Assembly (NCBI GenBank): GCA_022573655.1
Contig: JACZTO010000001.1
Location: forward strand, 30,169-94,168
DNA length: 64,000 bases
Source of the DNA: Pseudomonadota bacterium
GTDB taxonomy: Bacteria; Pseudomonadota; Gammaproteobacteria; Steroidobacterales; Woeseiaceae
Direction of reading: 5' to 3'
Notes under the pieces: model-generated
The model's input: the letters and a program-made list of their open reading frames with translations, nothing else
What the model was told of the DNA's origin: nothing
The model's database searches: none
Translations under genes and position numbers: made by a program
Shown here: positions 9,241 through 16,443 of the stretch, one piece after another
How the letters are laid out: each line of letters starts with the position of its first letter
Numbering within the stretch: position 1 is the first letter of the stretch

Positions 9241-10226
9241 CCACAATAATTGTCGCGAGCGCACCAGGAAAGGTTGTTTTGTGCGGTGAATACGCAGTAC
9301 TCGACGGAGCACCCGCGATCTGCATGGCGATCAATCGGCGGGCCGTTGCCAGCTTGTCGCCGGCGCGTGGAAAAACGAACCGTGTTGTGGCGCCTGGGTA
9401 CGCGAAGATCGAGGGGGAATTTCTTTCTCACCCGGACGGAATCGAGTGGCTGCAAGGCAAGGATGAATTCGAAATCGTCGACGCGGTCTGGCGAGTCGCC
9501 CGGGGCCAAACAGAGGAGGCTTGCACAATAGTCCTCGATAGCCGTGAGTTCATCGATGAATCAACAAGCACCAAGTTTGGCATTGGTTCGAGCGCGGCAC
9601 TGACGGTCGCACTGACGCTGGCGATGTCCGCCGGCGACAACAAGAAAAACCTGTCGCGTGACGCCAGTCGCGCTCACGCTGTGCTGCAGGGCGGGGCCGG
9701 CAGCGGCGTCGATATTGCGTGCAGTGTCAAAGGCGGGCTTATCGCCTATTGTATGCAAGGGGCTAAATCCAGTTCGTTGCAGTGGCCGGAATCGCTAGCC
9801 TATCGATTGCTATGGACGGGTGTTGCGACGAGCACCGCAACGAAACTGAAGGTTCTGAAAACGGGCACCCCAAAACCGTCGCGAGCACGATTGAGACGCG
9901 CTGCCGAAATTATGGCGGAGGCTTGGCGATCGGGTGCTGCGGACAATGTTCTCGCGGCCTACCACGACTATATCGTGGTGCTGCGATCATTTAGTGTTGA
10001 TCATGATCTCGGTGTGTTCGATGCTGGACATGGCCAGGTCGCGGATGCCGCGATCAAGGCAGGCCTGGTTTACAAACCCTGTGGCGCCGGAGGCGGGGAT
10101 GTCGGAATTTTGTTTGGCACCGACGAGACAAGGCTGGATGCGTTCGTGAACAAGGAAATGGCAACTGCGTATTCGTTGCTGCGGTGTGAGGTCGACTATA
10201 GCGGTGCGAGGATAGAAGCAACTTGA
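9237..10226 (+). CDS. mvaK2: phosphomevalonate kinase (GHMP type)
   Basis: APGKVVLCGEYAVLDG, GIGSSAALTVAL and KPCGAGGGDVG motifs. The start overlaps the MVD stop (ATGA). Confidence 0.8.
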   Translation: MTTIIVASAPGKVVLCGEYAVLDGAPAICMAINRRAVASLSPARGKTNRVVAPGYAKIEGEFLSHPDGIEWLQGKDEFEIVDAVWRVARGQTEEACTIVLDSREFIDESTSTKFGIGSSAALTVALTLAMSAGDNKKNLSRDASRAHAVLQGGAGSGVDIACSVKGGLIAYCMQGAKSSSLQWPESLAYRLLWTGVATSTATKLKVLKTGTPKPSRARLRRAAEIMAEAWRSGAADNVLAAYHDYIVVLRSFSVDHDLGVFDAGHGQVADAAIKAGLVYKPCGAGGGDVGILFGTDETRLDAFVNKEMATAYSLLRCEVDYSGARIEAT

Positions 10227-12442
10227 GTGATTCGCGAGTGGCAGGACTGTATCGGCTTGGTGTCGATGAGCGCATCGTCGAGCTCGAGCGCCTTGGCTGG
10301 CTATCGTCCGCTCAGGCCCAGGCATTGCGCGACGGCACGCAGATAATGTCTGTGACTAACGCTGACAAGATGATCGAGAACGTGTTCGGCGTTTTCGCGC
10401 TGCCGTTTGCGATCGCCCCCAATTTCGTCATCAATGGGCAGGATTGCATTGTGCCACTGGTTGTCGAAGAAGCTTCAATAGTTGCGGCGTTAAGCAGTGC
10501 CGCGCGCTTGGCCAGGGAAACAGGCGGATTCGTCACAGAATGTGACGAGTCACTGCTGATTGGTCAGATACATGTCACGGGTGTCGCCGATCGCGACTCA
10601 GCGTTGACATCCCTGCGAGCCTCTGCGAGCGATCTTATTGATGTGGCGGACAAAGTTCATCCACGGCTTCGCGCCAGGGGTGGCGGCGTAAGGGGCATGG
10701 AGTTTAGAGCGCTCGAATTGCCGGACGGCTCGCCGTTGCTCGCTGTGCACGTGCTTGTCGATACCTGTGACGCGATGGGTGCCAACCTCGTCAATACGAT
10801 CTGTGAGCTTATCGCACCGTTGATAACGGACATCAGCGGTGGCGATGTGGCGCTGCGAATTCTTTCTAATCTGACCGATAGATCGATCGTGAAGGCTCGC
10901 GTGAGCTATTCGCTGGCCACACTCGCTGGCAACGGCATGAATGCTGAATCTGTTCGGGACGGTATCGTGCTTGCCAGTAACATTGCCCGCGTAGATCCAC
11001 ACAGGGCGACGACGCACAACAAGGGCATCATGAATGGCATCGACGCTCTCGCGATCGCTACCGGGAACGACTGGCGCGCGATTGAGGCTGGAGCACACGC
11101 GTACGCGGCCAGGAACGGGTCATATTCTCCGCTGGCGCAGTGGTCGGTTGGCACCAGGGGCGAGTTGCTCGGTGAGATCGAAATACCGTTGAAGACAGGA
11201 ATTGTTGGCGGATCCCTGGCCTTGAATCCGGCAGTTGCAATTGGACTTGCAGTTGCGGCACCCGCTTCCGCGCAGCAATTGTCTGCGATGATGGCGGCCG
11301 TCGGGCTGGCGCAGAATTTTTCCGCGCTTCGGGCGCTCGTAACTAGCGGCATCCAGAAGGGCCATATGAAACTGCATGCGCGTGGCATCGTTGCGTCGAT
11401 TGGGACGCCGGACGACCGGTTTGACGAGGTCGTCGAAGAGCTGGTGGCGAGCGGTGAAGTCAAGAACTGGAAGGCGCAGGAAATTCTAGACTCACTATCG
11501 GCAGATGAGATTCAATTGGACGCGAATTCGTCTGTGGCGGCGGGCAAAGTCATTTTGTTTGGCGAGCATGCAGTGGTTTATGGGCGGCACGCGCTGGCCC
11601 TGCCGATTTCGGGTGCCGTGCATGCGACTATCGTGGCTGCAAATGACGCAACGACGTTGCATGTGCGGGGCTGGGGGTTGAAGAAAGTCATCGATAAAAG
11701 CCGTGCGCAGGGAATCGATGCGGCTATCGCTTTGATCATCGATCGCCTCGACGCGCACAACGACGAATTCGATATCACCGTGATCTCACGGCTGCCACGC
11801 GGTATGGGACTTGGCTCGTCGGCTGCGATTGCCGTGGCCATCACTCGCGCTTTCGGAAAATTCATGCAAATCGAACTGGATGACGAACGTGTGAACGCTA
11901 TTGCCTTCGAGTGCGAGAAGCTGGCGCATGGAACACCGTCGGGTATCGACAACACCCTGGCGACGTATGGCCAGGCGATGTTGTTCCGTAATAAGGGCGC
12001 ACTCGAAATGCAACCGCTGGCGCTTGCCGAAGAGCCGCCGTTGCTCATCGCACTGAGTAATGCCGCGGGCTGCACTCATGCGCAGGTCGAGGGTGTTGGA
12101 CTCCGTTACCAGCAGAATTCGTCACAATTTGATGCGTTGTTTGACCAGATTGATGATCTCAGCCAGCAAGGCGCTGCCTTGTTACAGGCGCGCGAGTACG
12201 TAGAGTGTGGCCGGCTAATGAATATCTGCCATGGATTGCTCAACGCGATACAAGTGTCTACGCCAGAACTTGAATGCATGATAGCGTTGGCTCGGGGCAG
12301 TGGTGCGGCCGGCGCCAAACTCACCGGCGCCGGCGGTGGGGGAGCAATGGTCGCGTTATGCCCCGGTAACTGCGATGGAGTTCGGGACGCACTACAACAG
12401 GCAGGTTACCGAACGCTGCGTTTGTCGGAGTATGCGAATTGA
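10223..12442 (+). CDS. bifunctional class II HMG-CoA reductase (about aa 1-425) / mevalonate kinase (about aa 435-739) fusion
   Basis: The N-terminal half resembles Pseudomonas mevalonii-type HMGR (MIENVFGVFALPFAIAPNFVINGQDCIVPLVVEEASIVAA). The C-terminal half has GKVILFGEHAVVYG, GLGSSAAIAVA and KLTGAGGGGA (GHMP mevalonate kinase). It is one uninterrupted ORF with a TTG start overlapping the PMK stop. Confidence 0.85.
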   Translation: MSDSRVAGLYRLGVDERIVELERLGWLSSAQAQALRDGTQIMSVTNADKMIENVFGVFALPFAIAPNFVINGQDCIVPLVVEEASIVAALSSAARLARETGGFVTECDESLLIGQIHVTGVADRDSALTSLRASASDLIDVADKVHPRLRARGGGVRGMEFRALELPDGSPLLAVHVLVDTCDAMGANLVNTICELIAPLITDISGGDVALRILSNLTDRSIVKARVSYSLATLAGNGMNAESVRDGIVLASNIARVDPHRATTHNKGIMNGIDALAIATGNDWRAIEAGAHAYAARNGSYSPLAQWSVGTRGELLGEIEIPLKTGIVGGSLALNPAVAIGLAVAAPASAQQLSAMMAAVGLAQNFSALRALVTSGIQKGHMKLHARGIVASIGTPDDRFDEVVEELVASGEVKNWKAQEILDSLSADEIQLDANSSVAAGKVILFGEHAVVYGRHALALPISGAVHATIVAANDATTLHVRGWGLKKVIDKSRAQGIDAAIALIIDRLDAHNDEFDITVISRLPRGMGLGSSAAIAVAITRAFGKFMQIELDDERVNAIAFECEKLAHGTPSGIDNTLATYGQAMLFRNKGALEMQPLALAEEPPLLIALSNAAGCTHAQVEGVGLRYQQNSSQFDALFDQIDDLSQQGAALLQAREYVECGRLMNICHGLLNAIQVSTPELECMIALARGSGAAGAKLTGAGGGGAMVALCPGNCDGVRDALQQAGYRTLRLSEYAN

Positions 12443-13029
12443 ATGACCTTCACAGGATTGTGTCGTCGGAGAGCGAAGACCTGATCCTTGTTGATGCTGA
12501 CGACAATGAGATTGGTCATCGATCGAAAACCGAGTGCCATAACGGTGCCGGAGTTTTGCATCGTGCATTTTCAGTGTTCCTGTTTAACGATACTGGTCAG
12601 CTGTTGATGCAAAAGCGTAGTTCCGGGAAACGGCTGTGGCCAGGTTTTTGGTCGAACAGCTGTTGCAGTCATCCGCGCCGCGGCGAGTCGTTGCAGATCG
12701 CCACCGAGCGACGTCTGAGTGATGAGCTGAATATCAGCACCGCGCTCGAGTTCGTCTATCAATTTTGTTATCAGGCGCACTACGGTGCGGCGGGGTCTGA
12801 GCACGAGCTCTGCCATGTCTATCTGGGCAGGGCTGGTGAGGATGCGCTGGCGAACGAAAGTGAAATTGAAGGCATTCGATTCATTGCGGCGGAGGAACTC
12901 GATGCTGAGTTTGCAACCAATTCACAACAGTTCACGCCCTGGTTCAAACAGGAATGGCAGACGCTAAGATCGGATTTTCACGAGCAGCTGGCACGTTACT
13001 GTGCGCCCGCCCAGGTCAGGCGGGGTTAG
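12439..13029 (+). CDS. idi: isopentenyl-diphosphate delta-isomerase, type 1 (Nudix)
   Basis: HRAFSVFLFN..LLMQKRSSGKRLWPGFWSNSCCSHP and EHELCHVY motifs. Length is 196 aa, with a TTG start overlapping the upstream stop. Confidence 0.85.
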   Translation: MNDLHRIVSSESEDLILVDADDNEIGHRSKTECHNGAGVLHRAFSVFLFNDTGQLLMQKRSSGKRLWPGFWSNSCCSHPRRGESLQIATERRLSDELNISTALEFVYQFCYQAHYGAAGSEHELCHVYLGRAGEDALANESEIEGIRFIAAEELDAEFATNSQQFTPWFKQEWQTLRSDFHEQLARYCAPAQVRRG

Positions 13030-13106
13030 GGAAGCTCTGACCAATTCAGTGTATCTGTGCGCTACAGACTGCGCAGAAATGCACTGAATTGGTCAGAGCT
13101 TCCCTA
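13027..13106. repeat. perfect 25-bp inverted repeat with a 30-nt loop, filling the idi / HMG-CoA synthase convergent gap
   Basis: TAGGGAAGCTCTGACCAATTCAGTG (13027-13051) and CACTGAATTGGTCAGAGCTTCCCTA (13082-13106). The outermost triplets are the stop codons of the two convergent genes. Confidence 0.95.
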
Positions 13107-14588
13107 GGCAATATAGCGGTAATACTCGATGCCCAGATCGGTGAAGTGCCGGTCATCGCTGCGACCGACGCGGTCGATGACAAATTCGTTGCTGGGGATG
13201 TAGTCCAGATTTCCTGCGCGTCGGCCGTCGTGCAAGGCCTCGTATTGCTGACGGTCCAGGTCGATTGCGAATTTCATCGCTTCCGCAAACTGTATCTTTG
13301 CCGCGGCGTCCCTCCAGCCGTCGGCCATGAAGAACGGAATAACCTCGGCAGCATCGCCACTACCATAGCCCAGCGTCAATACTTCCTCGCCCGGCGACAG
13401 CGAATTCTCGTCGAGCGCCTGCTCGAAGCCTGCCGCCATCCATGCGGGCAGCGCGGCTGTGTACAGGTTACCGAGATCGAGCATCGTGTCACTACCCAGC
13501 CGCAACTTGTCGAGAATTTCCTTGCGATAATGGCGCGATGCGCGGAATGCTCGCAACATGGCCATGGTTAACGGATAGGCTTCGTATTGCAGCCGGTTGG
13601 GCTCAGCCAGCTTGGTGACGTCCGGTTTGCTGGCCATTTCATCGATTACGGCCCCGACCTCGACGCCAGCTTCATAGCAATAAGACGCGAGTTCTGCGCG
13701 ATCCTCGGAATTTCCCTGGCCGAGCGCAAAAAGATAGGAAACGGCCCAGCCGGTCTCCGGCATGCGGCGATACGGACGATGCAGAAACAACGTACGCAGC
13801 GAACGCAAATAGTCACTGGCAATGAGATCGCGCTTGTCATACATGTCGTTCAAAGCATGCAGCGTTTCGTCGATATAACAGGTGGTGGAGTACTTGCCGT
13901 TGAACACCGGGAAGTCTTGTACCTGGTGAGCTTCGGAACGATCTTGTCCACAAAAACGCGACATGGGTTTGCGGAAATCCATGATGCGATAGTCAGATGC
14001 CGATCCTGAGCCGACGAGATCGACAACGGCCAGCTGCGGGTCTTCTTCCAGCAGCATTGCAACCGCGCCCGCGCCTTGTGTCGGCTCGCCTGAACTGCCA
14101 CGCGCGTACTCGGCAATGTCGGAGCAAACGACAATTGCCTGCCCGCCGGCACCGTCAAGTGCGAGGTGGCGGATTGCGCCTTTCATGCCGTATACGCCGC
14201 CAAGGCAGGCGTGTTTGAACTCAGGTACTTCGCAACTGCGAGCGATCGGCGCTTTGCCACGCGCCTGCAGCGCCTCGTCGACCATACCTTTGATGATTAT
14301 CGCGCCGGCAGAGTTGTCGGTGCTCGATTCAGTGCCAAGCCCAAGGAATTTGACCCGCGCAGGATCGATGTCGTATTGATCGATGAGTCTGATAACAGCG
14401 TTGGCCGCCATCGTGTAGACACTATGGTTTGGCCCGCGCATGCGGAAGCTGCGCCCGACGATCTCTCGCGTTTTCTGCCATTGATTGCCGGACCAGTCAC
14501 ACCAGTCCTCCAGCCATACACGGTAGGGCGGCAGGTAGGCGGCGAGACCGCTGATTCCGATGAGTTTCTTGTTACTTGACTGATTCAT
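13104..14588 (-). CDS. mvaS: hydroxymethylglutaryl-CoA synthase (long form)
   Basis: Thiolase-like condensing-enzyme layout with an active-site region EFKHACLGGVYGMKGA. The 494 aa length is clearly longer than the roughly 390-aa Gram-positive MvaS type. It lies convergent to the rest of the mevalonate genes. Confidence 0.8.
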   Translation of the reverse strand: MNQSSNKKLIGISGLAAYLPPYRVWLEDWCDWSGNQWQKTREIVGRSFRMRGPNHSVYTMAANAVIRLIDQYDIDPARVKFLGLGTESSTDNSAGAIIIKGMVDEALQARGKAPIARSCEVPEFKHACLGGVYGMKGAIRHLALDGAGGQAIVVCSDIAEYARGSSGEPTQGAGAVAMLLEEDPQLAVVDLVGSGSASDYRIMDFRKPMSRFCGQDRSEAHQVQDFPVFNGKYSTTCYIDETLHALNDMYDKRDLIASDYLRSLRTLFLHRPYRRMPETGWAVSYLFALGQGNSEDRAELASYCYEAGVEVGAVIDEMASKPDVTKLAEPNRLQYEAYPLTMAMLRAFRASRHYRKEILDKLRLGSDTMLDLGNLYTAALPAWMAAGFEQALDENSLSPGEEVLTLGYGSGDAAEVIPFFMADGWRDAAAKIQFAEAMKFAIDLDRQQYEALHDGRRAGNLDYIPSNEFVIDRVGRSDDRHFTDLGIEYYRYIA

Positions 14589-14645
14589 AATGGGTATTTG
14601 CTTCGCCCGGCAATTTTAGTGTTAGCTGGCGTTTCACTCAACCAC

Positions 14646-15128
14646 TTATTCTACAATTATTGTGAGGGGGTTCGATACCACCGGCGGATCATGTGGAATA
14701 TGCCGGTAGTCGCCCAGCAGTAACAGCAGCGTATGCTCACCTGCTGAGAGCGTGATTTCCGTGGCGCTGCTGCCGTCCCCAAAATGCACGTGGTGTTCGT
14801 CGGCCGGAACAGGCAGCCCCGGGTCCGGCAGGTCGGTATCGATGAGCAGATGATGATGGCCCGAATGCGGCTGCTGGTCGCCGGCTTTGACCACGATCAT
14901 ACCCTCGATACCGAACTCGATACTGATGGGATTGCTGACGGTATCGCCCGTGGCCGGGGTTATGAAAAATACCCTGGCGCCATCGGGTGACGTGGAACGC
15001 GGCAGGGTGTCGGCTGTGCTCATCACAGCGTCGTCTGCGCGCCGCGCTGCCTGGTTCTGGCCGCATGCGGATATCAGGAGTGCAATCGAGGCGGCGGCGA
15101 AAAAGCGAATTCCCATATTGGTCTCCAT
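14646..15128 (-). CDS. DUF4399 domain lipoprotein
   Basis: Lipobox LLISAC and the family-typical HSGHHHLLID block. Confidence 0.6.
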   Translation of the reverse strand: METNMGIRFFAAASIALLISACGQNQAARRADDAVMSTADTLPRSTSPDGARVFFITPATGDTVSNPISIEFGIEGMIVVKAGDQQPHSGHHHLLIDTDLPDPGLPVPADEHHVHFGDGSSATEITLSAGEHTLLLLLGDYRHIPHDPPVVSNPLTIIVE

Positions 15129-15138
15129 CTTGATACGT

Positions 15139-16428
15139 CTAAATCCAGATCACAGCAAACAATACGGCGCCCAACATTGTAAGAGACACGCCGAACGCAT
15201 ACGCGATCAAAAGAGCAATGTACTTGATAATTGTCATGAAACGACCCTGTTTGTAGACACAACGCATGGCCTTGTACAGGTACACAGGTATATAGAATAT
15301 TGCTGCGACAATCACAAGCGTCGTCACCGTACCGTCAATATTCACGAGTGCGGTAGCGCTTGAGAACAACTCTATCAGGATCAGGATCAGAAAAAAGAAG
15401 GCGTGAAAATGCACGAAGAACAGCAGATGCTCGACGAAGTAGCGCCTTGACAGCGGGTAGAGGCCCTTTAACACCAGGGCCATCAAAGGCATCAACACGA
15501 ACAGTGCTACGGGGATATTGTCCACCAGCCTGTCGGTCATTGCTTTCTGGCTGCGCTCGTCGACGAATTGCTCGCAAATATATTCGAGGCGCTTGGGCGT
15601 CAGGCGGCGCTTTATCCAGTTTGGGGCGTTTTCCAGGTCGATGTCACCGGGTTCACAGGTATCGCCGTCGAAACCAACAATGATTTCGCGATCGTCTTCG
15701 GGTACTGCGTATTCGTCATCCCGTTTGCCAGTCGCCCCTTGATGCGTCGTTTCCTCGGCGGCGGCTTCGGGCTCGGGCTCGCTTAGCAGACCAAGTCCTT
15801 CGTGTGGGTCGAAGAAAGCGACGACGAAAAACAGGACACTAAGAACCAGGTAAGTTCGAAACGGGGGCATGTAGCGTGCACGCCGACCTTGCAGGTAGTC
15901 ATGCGTCAGTTGACCCGGATTGGTCAGGAGTGGATTCAGGGTGCGCCAGATACGCGAGTCCAGTTCCAGCAGGTCCCCGAATGCCTCGCGCAACAACTCC
16001 CACAGGCTAATGAGCCTGTTGCGTGCCCGCTGTCCACATACCCCGCAATACTGGCCTCTAAGGCGCGTTCCGCAGTTCAGGCAATTCGGGCTTTCTACCG
16101 CGGGCAAGTTGTTTGAGTCGTCTTCACGCAGTATCCGGCTGGATACGAGGACATGGTCGCCATAGAGTGCTGCGATTTCGGCATCCACTTCGGCAAAAAA
16201 GCCGTCCAGCAATTCGTCCAACGCATTGTCATCGGCGGCACGGAACTGGCAGACATGGACCGTGCGGCCGTGGTCATCGACGCCGGAGTCGAAAATACGT
16301 GCATCCTCGATACCCGTCTCGCGAAGGGCGCGACGCGCCAGTTCTTTCAGCCAGCCGTCCAGTTCAGGGCTTGCCGCGCCCGCATTGACCAGCGATATCT
16401 CATAAAGAGGACCGGTGAATCTTGTCAT
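15139..16428 (-). CDS. DUF3667-type zinc-ribbon membrane protein with an N-terminal DUF4286-like domain
   Basis: CLNCGTRLRGQYCGVCGQR zinc ribbon, followed by several TM segments. The product name is from memory of the family. Confidence 0.55.
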   Translation of the reverse strand: MTRFTGPLYEISLVNAGAASPELDGWLKELARRALRETGIEDARIFDSGVDDHGRTVHVCQFRAADDNALDELLDGFFAEVDAEIAALYGDHVLVSSRILREDDSNNLPAVESPNCLNCGTRLRGQYCGVCGQRARNRLISLWELLREAFGDLLELDSRIWRTLNPLLTNPGQLTHDYLQGRRARYMPPFRTYLVLSVLFFVVAFFDPHEGLGLLSEPEPEAAAEETTHQGATGKRDDEYAVPEDDREIIVGFDGDTCEPGDIDLENAPNWIKRRLTPKRLEYICEQFVDERSQKAMTDRLVDNIPVALFVLMPLMALVLKGLYPLSRRYFVEHLLFFVHFHAFFFLILILIELFSSATALVNIDGTVTTLVIVAAIFYIPVYLYKAMRCVYKQGRFMTIIKYIALLIAYAFGVSLTMLGAVLFAVIWI

Positions 16429-16443
16429 AGTGTGACTAGCTGC

